Part shown: positions 51,449 through 64,000 of the stretch, piece by piece | Layout of the letters: each line of letters begins with the position of its first letter | Position numbering within the stretch: position 1 is the first letter of the stretch | Assembly: GCA_977017645.1 (NCBI GenBank) | Contig: OZ360241.1 | Coordinates: 38,254,001 to 38,318,000, forward strand | Reading direction: 5' to 3' | DNA length: 64,000 nucleotides | Origin: Torpedo marmorata | Taxonomy: Eukaryota | Notes under the pieces: model-generated | What the model was told of the DNA's origin: nothing | Database searches by the model: none | Seen by the model: only the letters and a program-made list of their open reading frames with translations | Program-made: the position numbers and the translations under genes

Positions 51449-53260
51449 ATTTTAAATAACTCGATAATACATATTTATAAAATGCAAAATTATCAAAATA
51501 CATGTGATATATTTTCACCCCCCTCCCTCCCTTACTCTCACACCCTTACTATTCCAATAATATAGAAAGAGAGACCGAGAGACCGAGAGAAAGAGAGAAC
51601 GAAAAAGAAAGTATGGAGAATGTCAATCCAAAAAGAACAACTATAAGCTAATTTTATTGTGGAACACAGGTTCGCCAGTCAGATCTGATATCCAGAGATC
51701 TTCAAATCCTTAGACCCATCGTTTTTATATATGGGCTCCATATTTTGAAAAATAAATGATATTTGTTATGTAAATTATAAGTAATTTTTTCAGGTGGTAT
51801 AACTGAACAAAGTTATGCATGGCATCTTTCTAACCCTAAATCTACATCAGATTTCCATGTAATAGCAATGCATTTTTTTGAAACAGCTAAAGCAATTTGC
51901 AAAAATTCTATTTGATACATATTTAATCTCATTTTAATACTAATTCTTTTAATATCTCCAAACAAAAATATCATAGGATCCATTGGGAGTGTAATTCTTA
52001 ATACTTTATCTAAAAACTTTTTAACTTTCAACCAGAAATCATATATCTTTGGACAAACCACGTAGAGTGTACAAAAGAACCTTCCTCTCTATTACATCTA
52101 AAGCATAAACCTGATAATGTCGAATTAAATTTCTTTAATTTCTTGAGTTAAATATAATTGATGCAACAAGTTATATTGCACTAACCTATATCTAACATTA
52201 ATAATCTTCGTCATACTTTGTTTACATATTTCTTTCCAATGTTCCTCATCTATTGTTACATTCAGATCTGATTCCCATTTTAATCTTGATTTATGAATTC
52301 CTAATTTAGGCATTCTTTTTCTGTAACAATCTATATATTTGAGAAATAAATTTATTTATACCCCCATTAGTAACTAATAGTTCCAATTTACTTTGTCTTG
52401 GTAAAGTTAAACTATAACCCAACCTTTCAACTAAAAATGCTCTAATTTGATAAGAAGCAAAAAGTGTATTGTTTAATACATTAAACTTCTCTTTCATTCT
52501 TTGAAAAGTAATAAATTTACTAGCTTCAAAACAATCATTTATTTTTTTAAATTCCTTTTCGAAACCAAATTTTAAATAATTGATTGTCAATAGTAAATGG
52601 AATAAGTTTATTTTGATACAAAGGCATTTTTCGAGAAATTAACCCTTTCCCTCCTATCTCCCTATCCATTTTATTCCATATTTCTAACAGATGTTTTAAA
52701 ATAGGAGAATTATTACCTTTCCTTAATAATTTAGAATTCCATTTATAAATAACTTCTTCTTTCAAATCTTCTCCTATATTATTTAATTCTATTCTAATCC
52801 AAGCAGAAGATTTTTCTAAATCAAACATTTCATTAATAAATTTTAATTGAGCTGCTTTATAATAATTTTGAAAATTGGGAAGTTGTAAACCTCCCATTTC
52901 GTTATCCCAAGTTAATTTCTCCATACCTACTCTGGCCAACTTTCCCTTTCACAAAAATTTCCTAATAATTAAATTTAAATCTTTGAAGAATTTTTGAGGA
53001 ATTTCATAAGCAATTGATTGAAAAAGATATTGAATTCTTGGAAAAACATTCATTTTAATACAATTTACCCTTCCTATTAAAGTTATAGGTAAATCATTCC
53101 AACTTTCTAAATCTTTTTTAATATTCATAAATAATGGTAAATAATTTAATTTATATAAATTAGCTAATTTTGTGTATTTTTATTCCCAAATATTTAATTC
53201 CATTATTTGACCATTTAAATCATGTAATTTCTTTACATTTGTTATAATCTCCTTGTGTCA
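51449..53260 (-). mobile_element. L1/Tx1-clade LINE ORF2 3' portion, frameshifted
   Basis: GGLQLPNFQNYYKAAQL, KWESDL, RYRLVQYN and IALAVSKKCIAITWKSD motifs. Confidence 0.88.
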
Positions 53261-53708
53261 ATGCCTGTGTAGCTCCTTGAATGTACCCAAAAGGATCATG
53301 GAAAAACTGAAAAACTATAGCAACAAAATACAGGCCAGAATCACAAAACAAGAATGTGCTCAAGTGACAGAATGCAAGGAAATCCAAGTCATTAAGCAAT
53401 AGATACATAGCTGACACCGTGATCTCCTGCATCATTGTGAATGAAAAATCACAATTTGGCATGGATCTAGTGAAATGGGAAAGACAAGAGACAACAGAGT
53501 ACATGGATGTAATGGACATTCATTTCATGAAAATATATATTATAATGCAAAAAAAATACACTAACTAGAACATGACAAGAACATGACAACACTTTTAACT
53601 AATTCTAGCATTCAGGTTAAAAAAAATAATTGCAAGAAAACATTCATCATTTAATTTGAATAACTTTTTTTGTGATTGGGATTGATGCTTAGCATAAAAC
53701 ACACTTAC

Positions 53709-53771
53709 AGTGTACTCTCCATATTTCTTCCCATACCACCGCATCCATTTCCTGAACTCTGTATCCATTGC
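53709..53771 (-). CDS. DOT1L: DOT1L exon 7 (AMDTEFRKWMRWYGKKYGEYT)
   Basis: 63 nt, caaag / gtaagt ends. Confidence 0.97.
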
Positions 53772-54275
53772 CTTTGAAAGAGTAAGAAACAATAATGGTA
53801 TGAATAGAGAATGACAGCACATAGGAGATGATCAATGAGTTCAAGCCTGCTTCACCATTCAGAGATGATGGCTCATCAGATTTTGTTTATTCATTCAAGG
53901 GTATTGGGCCACGCAGGCTGAGCCAGCATTTAATTGCCTATCGCTGCTTGCTCTTGAGAATGCGGTGGTGAGGTGCCTTCTTCAACTTCTGCAATCCTCG
54001 AGGTGTGGATATGCACACTATGCAGTTAGGGAGTGAATTCCAGAATTTTGACACAGCACCGAAGGAGTGGCAATATATTAAATCGCACATCACCCTTCCC
54101 TCCTCTCTCCCCCCCCCCCCTCACCCCCTACAAATACTATAAAATCTTTGTTCACCAAAAATCTCGATTTATCCAATGACTTGGCATCAACTTGCCATTT
54201 GTAGGAGTTCCAAATGTCTGATAGTCTTTGTATGTAGAGTGCTTCCACACTTCATTCCTGAAAGAACCAGTTCTA

Positions 54276-54485
<210 letters not shown>

Positions 54486-54526
54486 TTACAGATTCATTAT
54501 TATTTGATTAACATGACAAATTCTCA

Positions 54527-54841
<315 letters not shown>

Positions 54842-55558
54842 TCAGTGCTTGTCTAAGTGTAGAGCAGACAGTTTATACTATATGCAATCTTTGACCTGGA
54901 GCTTGAATTAAACTGCTATTCAACACAAAATTATATTTAAAAGGAATAAACCATATATGAAGCGCTCAGAATTGTTTCCAAAGCAGACAATTCAATTAAT
55001 TCCCAACTTACTCCTCCAAACCAAAAATCACTTGTATTTATATAATGGTGTTAGAACCACAAAAAGTCTCAAATTGCTTCCCAGAAGCAAAGACAAACTT
55101 TGATATTCAAGCTACACAAAATTGTTTTAAGGTAGGTAATTAAACTTTGGTCAAAGAATTAGAATTTGGGAAGAATCTTAAAAAGGTGGAAAGGGGCTAA
55201 GATATCTTGAAACTTGAGATTTGTACACGAGGGTCTTGACAGTCAAAGATATGGTTGCCAAAGGTAGATCAATTAAAATTCACAAGTGGAGAACAGCATG
55301 TCATTTGGAAGTTTTGGGCTGATGCACTTCACAAAAAAAAAAAGCGAGTTCCTGGTTGGATTTGTGAAGAAGCATGACAATTTTGAACTGAGATTACTTA
55401 ATTGGGAGCCAAAATACAGGGCTATGAAGTGAACAGGATGATGCAAGTTAGGACAAGAGCATAGTTTGGATAATCTCAAGCTAATGGCGAGGGTTTCTTT
55501 CCAACACAAAGATAAGAAATTAAAAGCAATTATTAAGTTCCCATAATTGAATAATTTC

Positions 55559-55639
55559 AAACACCTTTCAATGGGATTCAGTCTGAAACACCTTTCAATG
55601 GGATTCAGTCTGAAACACCTTTCAATGGGATTCAGTCTG
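55559..55639. repeat. Perfect 27-bp tandem repeat x3
   Basis: (AAACACCTTTCAATGGGATTCAGTCTG)3. Confidence 0.95.
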
Positions 55640-56312
55640 AAATATCATTCAGACAGAGCAATCTCATCCCTTCCAATCAATCCCAAATTAAAGCAATTTT
55701 TTCAAGGATGTAATCCAAGTTCAAAGTGCATATGTCATTTTGTTGCTTCTGAGTCCAGGAAAAGAATGAATCACTATCTCCTCATGTCCTCCTTTTGATA
55801 ACCCACCCATGAGGAGATCCTCACTAAATGCATCCATTTTGCAGCAAGAGATGGCTAAATATACAGTCAAACGTGTTCCCTTCCTAACTCTTATATTCCA
55901 GTATATGCCATCAACATTGATTACAACTTTCCTTCTCTGTACTTTCCAAACTAAATTACCATCAGTTACAAAAAGGATAAACAAAACTACCACTCCAAAT
56001 GCAATTAAAACCAAAATTAAACCCCACTGAGTTCATGATAAAGAAGCATCTCAGACCAACTCACATACTCCACATCTAGAACCTGGATTTCTACTGGAGT
56101 TGAGATATGGGCACATTGTGAGAATAGAAAATTTTCTTTAAAAAAAGCCAAGAAACAAAAAAATTGACAAAGCAATGAAAAAGAGAAAATCTAAGATTGA
56201 TTCAACCTAGATGTGGAATAGATTTAAATTACTTTTTTTTTTTAAAAAGAATGTTTATAACATTTATTTTAAATACTGTAATATTACAAATATTCATAAA
56301 TGACATAGTTAC

Positions 56313-56376
56313 CAACTGCTGAATGCTATCCATGGCCCGGTTGTACTTCTCACATAGCTTTTGCATACTCTCAAAG
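56313..56376 (-). CDS. DOT1L: DOT1L exon 4 (FESMQKLCEKYNRAMDSIQQL)
   Basis: 64 nt, ttcag / gtaact ends, matches human [21 protein letters not shown]. Confidence 0.96.
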
Positions 56377-56783
56377 CTGAAAGATAAACAAGCACGATAA
56401 CAAAAACATTAAAAATCAAAATTAACAAAATGATTAGCGGCCAATGAAGAAAGGCATTAAGTACAATGGTCAGATCCCAATCATCTTGAGATGTATTCAA
56501 AACCAGGCTCCAGTTCGTCAAAGTAAAACAGAAGTAAGTAAAACACGAAAATCTGTAGACACCATGGTTGAAGTAAAAATACAATGCTGGAGACCTACTG
56601 AGTTTCTCCAGCATTGATAAACAAATTTCACGAACTGGAGTAAAAACAAAGTTAGTAAGCAAAATATTCACCCACTTCAAAGTCCAGAAAGATTCTTTGG
56701 CTTTCTTTACTCGACTCTAAGCTATTCCGAAACCAAAAAGCTCACCCACCACCCCACCCCCCTTTACTTTCAGCTTCTATTAA

Positions 56784-56973
56784 TCCTTTGGACTCCGTGT
56801 AGCTGTTTTCAGGGACTACCAACAAGCGCATACACTCCATGTCCCTGTTTTCCAGGACTGGATTTATAGCCAACCACCAGCTGGTTCATACTGGTGTTCG
56901 TGCTATAGATAACCCATGGACCCGGTCCGAAGTATGTATTATGAAAGGTTAAAAATGGCCGGAGTCCAAAGGG
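56784..56973. mobile_element. piggyBac-type MITE
   Basis: TTAA on both sides; TIRs TCCTTTGGACTCCG / CGGAGTCCAAAGGG. Confidence 0.85.
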
Positions 56974-57249
56974 TTAATGGTGTCCACATGAGAAATAATG
57001 GGAAACCAAACATTCCTATGCTTCTTTTAAATGATTAGCCAAGGATACAACTATTTTGTTTTACATGCATTTTACAAACATGCACATATTCTTGTTTTAA
57101 AAATTCTACAGGTATCCTTTGGATTGAGGCCTTCAATCTTTGAGTAAATAGTGAAGAAGCAACTGCATTAAACATCAAACCAACAGCTTAATCTTGGAGA
57201 AAACAGAAGAAACTTTCAATATTTAGACTACATACGCAATTATTTTTTA

Positions 57250-57468
57250 AATTTAGACATACAGCAGGATAACAGGCCCTTCCGGCCCACGCCGCCCAAA
57301 TTCCCCATTTAACCTACAAACCCTGCACGTTTAAGGGAGAGAGGAAACCTGAGCACCCGGAGGAAATCCAAAAGACATGGGGAGAACGTACAAACTCCTT
57401 ACAGACAGAGCTGGATTTGAACCCGGGTCGCTGGTGCTGTAATAGCATTGCGCTAACCACTATGCTAC
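57250..57468 (-). mobile_element. HE1-like V-SINE
   Basis: Reverse-complement copy of the SINE consensus. Confidence 0.85.
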
Positions 57469-58455
57469 CCCCGATGTTTTGTGTTTTTGGAGAATTTGAT
57501 ACATAAATAAATAATCAATCTATCAGTCATCTGAAGAAACAAAACCCACCACAAGTGCCCTGACAAGTCAAATTTATAAAGCTAAAGAGAGGGACATATA
57601 AGCAATCTAAAGCAGGGAAAATCAAAAGTATTGATAACATGAGAATAATATAAAATGTCCAAATTATACAAAAGACTGAATACTGACATGGTAACAGAGT
57701 GCTGTGTTCCTGGACTAAATATCCAGTAAATGGGAAATCCAATACCACAATTTGGATGCTGCATTATAAATATGAAAATGTGACCATGAACCTCTCTGAC
57801 CGTGGAAAAGACCCTAGTTCAATGAAATGTAATGGTGTCACAGTTAAATCAAAACCAGAGATCTGGATCACTGACCCCGAGTCACAATGATACCCAAGGA
57901 ATTTTAATTCAAGTAATTAAATAAATCTGGAATGACATCTCAGCAACTGCAAGTATGACACTTTAGCAATCATAAATAAACATCTGGATTACCTTCAGAC
58001 AAGGAAATCTGACAATCCTTAACCAGTCTGCCCAATAGGCAACTCCAGGATCAATGCAGTTAAACATTAAACCTCCCCAGTTCAGTGCCAATTAGTGAGG
58101 GAAAATAAATGGCAGCATTTCCAACAACATTCATATTCCCTTTATAAATATATTTTTTAAATATACAGGGAAGGCCTCAGGTAAAGAAAGCCACCTAATC
58201 CCAATGCAGTCTGGTCAAAAAAGATAGTTTCAATTCAGTTGACTCACCTACTTAGAAAGCCTCACAGCTGCTCAGGAAAGTAGCCCACAACCCTCCTGCA
58301 TCTCATGTGTATTACCCACCCCAAAACAAAGCACAAGATTAAGGCAATAATAAAGTTAAAACAGGTTATTGTAATTAAAAATAACTCAATTCACTTAATT
58401 TTTGAAACAAATAATCCATAGTAGATTTTTAGTTTTGTTTCCAAAGCAAATAGCC

Positions 58456-58972
58456 TGTTATATGTGGATTGTGGAGGAACATGTGGCCTCCCTGTCTGGA
58501 ACATTGTGGATGGTCACGTGACCTCCGTCTGAAACTTATTCGGAAGTCGCATCACCTGCCAATCAAGGTTGGACTCCGGCCACCCATTAGTGCACACTTT
58601 ACCGTTGGCTCATTTAAATGACCCAGTGGCATCACTGGGCAGATGCCTTGCTCAGAACAGTATAAAACATCAAAGCATACCACATTTCTCTCTCTCTCTG
58701 CCTCTTGGTCCAAGCCCCAGACATCGCTCCACGCCAGGTCGCTACTGTGGGCATCGATGGAGGAGTCACAGTAAGGTGTGCACTACACTGAGTTGAGCCG
58801 TAGTACTGCAATAGATCAGTGCTTGCAGAGAGCCGCACGCCCGTTAGTACAGGGAATCAGGAGTGTGATTGAAAGTCCCTGTCTGTGAAGTGTGTACAAA
58901 TGCGGGAGAGTGTGGGAGGGTAAGCAGCCACCAGCATTAAGAGTCCCTTGTGCTCGATGTGCCTGCTTGCAC
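58456..58972 (+). mobile_element. Probable LTR of a third family, interrupted by the Gypsy element
   Basis: Starts TGTTA; CpG-rich; CACGTG, CCAAT and TATAAAA in LTR-like order; partner LTR and remainder not in the window. Confidence 0.55.
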
Positions 58973-59117
58973 CGTTATTATTTTTGTCTCGTACTTGTGT
59001 ATTCTAGGCTTAGAAATACACTAGCACACGGAGTCGTGATGCTTCATTCATTCTTTATTGTAGTTCTAAAATGGTTCCCCCGCAGCACACAATATTTTAT
59101 ATATATTGTATATATAT

Positions 59118-59162
<45 letters not shown>

Positions 59163-59218
59163 GTGATGACATCACACGCTAGATGACATCATACGCACGC
59201 AGGCGTATATTCACAACA
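58973..59218 (-). repeat. 3' LTR of minus-strand Gypsy element
   Basis: Minus strand reads PPT GGGGGGGAAAGAG then TGTTGTG...; AATAAA at 59054-59059; contains (AT)n/(CA)n; ends TAATAACG. Confidence 0.7.
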
Positions 59219-61825
59219 CTCTTTCCCCCCCCACAAAATAAATGTTTCGTGAAAATAACATATAGGCAGCACTTATACTAAACTACGTGGTGTACATGAA
59301 CTAACGGTGAGAATCATAATTACACTACAACATAAGTATGACATGTTAAGCCGCCAAGTCACTGTACATAGTCCTTTAGGCGTTCTGAAGGACGTCTTTC
59401 CCTTTTGGGTTTTCTTGGCGAGGTAGAATCCGCTGGGATACTTTGCGACTTCTCCGGACTCTACCTCTTGTGGTAGTACCTCCTCCTCGGTTGGTGGTAA
59501 GGACTGTGAACTTAGTCTTTGGCGAGCCCCATTCGGACATTGCAAAGGACTGTGCTGCTGAGCAGGACACAGTGTAGGACTGCTGTGCTGAGCAGTCGAC
59601 ATCGAGCGGGCATCATTTCCCGAAGATATTTCTGGAACGTCATTGGTGGCAGGAGCCCAAAACGGAATCTCGTCGGGATCGTGAGCAGTAGGTGTGGCCA
59701 TTGGATCACCCACCGCTCTTAACTGGTCGATGTGCCGTTTCCATATTTTAGTTCCCACCAGTATAGAATAAGAACAGGGACTTCATTTTTTAAGAATCAC
59801 GCCTCTCACCCACGGTCTTGTACCAGTACTCACTCTCCTACTTCCAGAGATCTGATAGATTTACCTGGAGACGAGGATTGTTCCATGTGGAAGCCGATGT
59901 TCGGGTGCACTGTGGAAAGTCTTGTCTTAAGTCACACCCAAACATCAATTCTGCTGGTGTTTGTTCGTTTGGTTGTAGAGTGTGGCGTGTTTCTATATCC
60001 TAACAGAAAATCTGCGATTTTGAGATTCCATGATATATTTAGGATTTTCTTAGTCTTCATGGCCTTTTTAAAAGTTTGTACAAAACGTTCCGCTTCCCCA
60101 TTCATGCTTGGGTGGTAGGGTGCGGATAAGATGTGTCGTATATTGTTATTACGTAGGAACACCTTAAAAGCATCGGATACAAATTGCGGCCCATTATCGG
60201 AGACTAGTTCTATAGGTAATCCATATGATGCGAACATACTTCTTAGTCTTTCAATTGTCTGGTCTGTTGTTGTTTTTCGCATGTGTGACACGACTGGCCA
60301 TTTAGAGTGTGCATTGGCAACAATAAGGAAGTTTTCTCCCATAAAGGGACCAGCGAAATCTACGTGAATCCTCTGCCATGGTCGCGATGGCCATTTCCAT
60401 GGGTTAGCTTCGGCTTGAGGTGCTTTGGGTTGCATCTCCTGACAAATGCAACATCTTCTCACTGTCTGTTCAATATCGATGTCCATTGATGGCCACCAGA
60501 CATGCATACGTGCCAAAGCTTTCATTCAAACCATCCCTGGGTGATTATTGTGGAGCTCTGATAACATGGCAGCCTGCCATTTTGTAGGAACAATTGTCCT
60601 GGTTCCCCATAATAAACAACCTTCTTCAATTGATATTTCATTGCGTCGTGTATAATAAGGTTTCAGTTCGGGAGAAATAGCTTCGGTCTCGGGCCACCCA
60701 TTTATTGTGAAATATAGGACCTTTGAGAGTGTAGCTTCTTTCCGTACTTCTTTGCTGATAGTCTTTGCTGTAATTGGTAAGCAATGAAGTTGTTCTTGAT
60801 TAACAGCAGCTTCTGCCGTCCATTTAATTATCTTGTCTTTCTGTTCAATTTCAGGTAGAGGTAAGCGAGATAGGGCATCAGCATGGCCGTTTTGAGTTGC
60901 TGGTTTATGTTTCAAATCGTAATCATATGCGGCAAGCTGCATGGCCCACCTTTGAATTCTTGTTGCAGCAAGCACTGGAATCCCCTTTTTAGGGCCTAGA
61001 ATCAAACTCAGTGGTTTGTTGTCTGTTACCAAGGTAAACTTCCTACCATGTAAGTATTGGTGAAATCGTTTGACACCAAATATTATGGCGAGTCCTTCTT
61101 TATCCAGTTGTGCATAATTACGTTCACAAGCCGTCAAAGACCGGGAGGCATAAGCTACCGGTTGTTCCCCCTTTTCCGTTACTTGTGACAGCACTGCACC
61201 GAAGCCCATTGGCAAAGCATCCACCGCCAGGGTCACTTCCTTTTCTGGGTCGTAGTGGACAAGAACAGTATAGCTTGATGTCAGCAGTTCTTTCAAATGA
61301 TTGACCACGTTACTTGTCTCTTCATTCCAGCACCATTTCTGTTCTTTTCTTAACAATTGGTTCAGCGGGCTGCACAGTGTTGACATATTTGGAATGTGCG
61401 TCCGATAATGGTTAACCAAACCCAAGAATGATTGCAATTCGGCTTTATTGGACGAGTAGGCTGCTCTGCGGACGGCCTCGGTACCAGCGATATCCAGTCG
61501 AACTCCTTCACTATTAATTGTAAATCCCAAATATGTTACAGAAGGTACCATAAATACACACTTGTCCTAGCGCAGACGGACGTTTGCTTGTTGCAATCGG
61601 GCTAGGACCTTTTCCAGGTTTGATAGATGCTCTGAGTTGTCTCAACCTGTAATTATGATGTCATCGAGGTAGCATCGTACATTTATGCCGTGCAACAATT
61701 TGTCCATGATCGCTTGAAATATCGCTGGGGCTGCTGATAGTCCATATGGCATTCGGGTATAGGTGAATAACCCCAAGTGAGTATTGATGGCCACATATTT
61801 CTTTGAGGCCTCATCCAATTCGACT
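59219..61825 (-). mobile_element. Ty3/Gypsy (K02A2.6-like) pol: RT-RNase H-integrase, with stops
   Basis: RMPYGL...CYLDDII, YASRSL...NYAQLDKEGLA, H-H-C-C, RIHVDFAGP, SDNGPQF and NGEAERF; truncated at about 61825 by a Penelope insertion. Confidence 0.92.
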
Positions 61826-64000
61826 GTAAAACACGAAAATCTGTAGACACTGTGGTTGAAGTAAAAAACACAAATGCTGGAGAAACTCAGCAGGTCAAAC
61901 AGTGTCTTTTATGTAGCAAAGGTAGAAATACATAACCGACGTTTCGGGCTTGAGCCCTTCATCAAAGTATGAGAAAATGCCGGCAGGCGTCCGAACAAAA
62001 GAATGAGGGGGAAAGGGGGGGGGGTGGAAAAGGCAGGAGATGATAGGTGGAGAGAGGGAGGGGACAGCAGCAAAGAGGGGGAGGAGGGATGGCTGGGTGG
62101 GTGGAAAAAAACAGGAAGGACAGGTGAGGGGGGACGGGAAGGAAACGACAAGCAGGTTTAGTGGAAAGCAGAAAAGTTAATGTTAATGCCATCTGGCTGG
62201 AGAGTGCGCAGACAGAAAAAAAGATGTTGTTCTTCCAATATGTGGGTAGTCTGGGTGGGATAGTACATAAGGCCATGGACAGACATGGGAGTGTGACCTG
62301 GAATTGAAATGGTTGGCTACTGGGAGGTCGCTGTTGTTGCGGACGGAGAGGAGGTGCTCAGCAAAGCAGTCTCCCAATCTATGACCGGTCTCTCCAATGT
62401 ATAGAAAGCCACAAAGGGAGCACCAGGTGCAGTAAATAAGTTCTCTGGATGTACAAGTGAAGTGTAGTTTCACTTGGAAGGCCTGTTTGGGGCCCCGGAC
62501 CGTGGTGAGGGGGGAGGTGTGGCGCAGATGTTGCACCTCCTGCGGGCACAGGGGAAGGTGCCAGGGGTGCGATGGGTGGGGAGGGATGAGTGCACGAGGG
62601 AATCGCGGAGGGAGCGGTCCCTATGGAAGGCCGAGAGGGGAGGAGAAGGAAAAATGTGTCTGGTGGTGGGATCCTGTAGTAAGTGCCGGAAATTCCGGCG
62701 GATAATGTGTTGGATGCGGAGGCTGGTAGGGTGGTAGGTGAGGATGAGGGGCATTCTATGTTTGTTGCGTCTGGGGGCAGAGGGGGCCAGGGCAGATGAG
62801 CGGGAAATGGAGATGCGGGTGAGGGCTGAGTTGATGGTGGTAGAGGGGAAGCCACGTTTGTGGAAAAAGGCAGACATGTCAGAAGATCTGGACTGGAACA
62901 CCTCATCTTGGGAACAGATGCGGCAGAGACGGAGAAATTGAGAGAAGGGGATGGAATCCTTGCAGGGGACAGGGTATGAGGAAGTGTAGTCCAGATAGTT
63001 GTGGGAGTTGGAGGGTTTGTAGTAAATGTCGGTGGAAAGCTTGTCTCCTGAGGTGGAGACAGAGAGATCCAGGAAGGGGAGAGTGTTATCGGAGATGGAC
63101 CAGGTGAGTTTGAGATCGTGGTGGAAGTTGGATGCGAAGTGGATGAAGTTGACAAGCTCATCGCGGGTGCATGAGGCAGCCCCAATGTAGTCGTCGATAT
63201 AACGGAGGAAGAGATGAGGGGTCTTGCCTGTGTAGGCTTGCAGCATGGATTGCTCCACAAAGCCCACAAACAGGCAGGCGTAGCTGGGACCTATGCGGGT
63301 ACCCCTGGCTACTCCTTTGATTTGGAGGAAGTGGGATGAGTTGAAGGAGAAGTTATTGAGAGCGAGGACAAGTTCTGCCAGGCGGAGGAGGGTGGTGGTA
63401 GAGGGTGACTGGTCGGGTCTTTGGTCCAGGAAGAAGCGAAGTGCTTTCAGACCTTCTATGTGGGGGATAGAGGTATTGGACATCCATGGTGAAGATGATG
63501 CGGTCTGGTTCAGGGAATCTGAAGTCATTGAGAAGATGGAGGGCATGTGAGGTGTCGCGGATGTAGTTGGGGAGGGATTGGACCAGGGGAGAAAAGATGG
63601 AGTCAAGGTAAGATGAAACTAGTTCGGTGGGGCAGGAGTAGGCAGAAACAATGGGTCTGCCCGGATGGTTGGGTTTGTGTCTCTTGGGTAGAAGGTAGAA
63701 ACGGGCAGTGCGGGGGTGGGGGAGAATGAGGTTGGTGGCCGTGGAGGGGAGGTGACCGCAGGTGATGAGGTCGGAGATGGTGTTGGAGACAGTGGCTTGA
63801 TGTGCAGTGGTGGGGTCGGTAGGAGGAGGTGTCTGAGAGCTGCCAACTGGCCTCGGCAAGGTAGAGTTCAGTGCGCCAGACCACAACCGCACCTCCCTTG
63901 TCTGCGGGTTTGATGGTGAGGTTGGGATTGTTGCAGAGAGTGGAGGGCAGAGCGTTCTGAGGAGGTGAGGTTGGAATACGAGAGGGGGGTGGTGAAGTTG
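61826..64000 (-). mobile_element. Penelope-like element (RT + GIY-YIG endonuclease), continues beyond the window
   Basis: RFYLLPKRHK, LRYIDD, LPFLDL and IYYKP...YLDY in the RT; CxxC...IYCTWC...LYIGET...RL...EH in the GIY-YIG domain; frameshifted. Confidence 0.93.
61928..61970 (-). ncRNA. Minimal type-I hammerhead ribozyme motif in the Penelope terminal repeat
   Basis: Minus strand TTGATGA-A-GGGCTCAAGCCC-GAAAC-GTCG-GTT; the core has U in place of C3. Confidence 0.65.

Noticed and set aside
55559-55639. 27-bp repeats as a CRISPR-like array
   Set aside because: Head-to-tail copies with no spacers, in a vertebrate intron, and no cas genes
62379-63269. 296-aa Ser/Pro/Thr-rich ORF
   Set aside because: Alternative frame of the C-rich Penelope RT sequence

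Overview
This is vertebrate genomic DNA, most likely from a cartilaginous fish (ray or shark; inferred from HE1-type V-SINEs, CR1/HER1 LINEs and Penelope-like repeats). Most of the window is one minus-strand gene, DOT1L (histone H3K79 methyltransferase). I traced exons 4-27 (human numbering) by hand. All have GT-AG ends, consistent phases and mostly human-identical lengths. Exons 1-3 were not found and presumably lie beyond 64000. The introns carry many transposons: a full-length Gmr1-like Gypsy LTR element (integrase before RT) inserted into a SINE, a three-level nest (LTR < Gypsy < Penelope with a hammerhead ribozyme motif), L1, CR1 and Rex1 fragments, and hAT, Tigger and piggyBac MITEs. The most notable observation is that the DOT1L frame stops about 76 codons into exon 27, while decayed, MITE-interrupted homology to the human C-terminus continues for roughly 870 bp, suggesting lineage-specific loss of the tail. 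Two candidate stop-containing (poison) cassette exons lie in introns 17 and 25. There is no prokaryotic system or CRISPR array. Comparisons to human DOT1L are from memory, not from a search.
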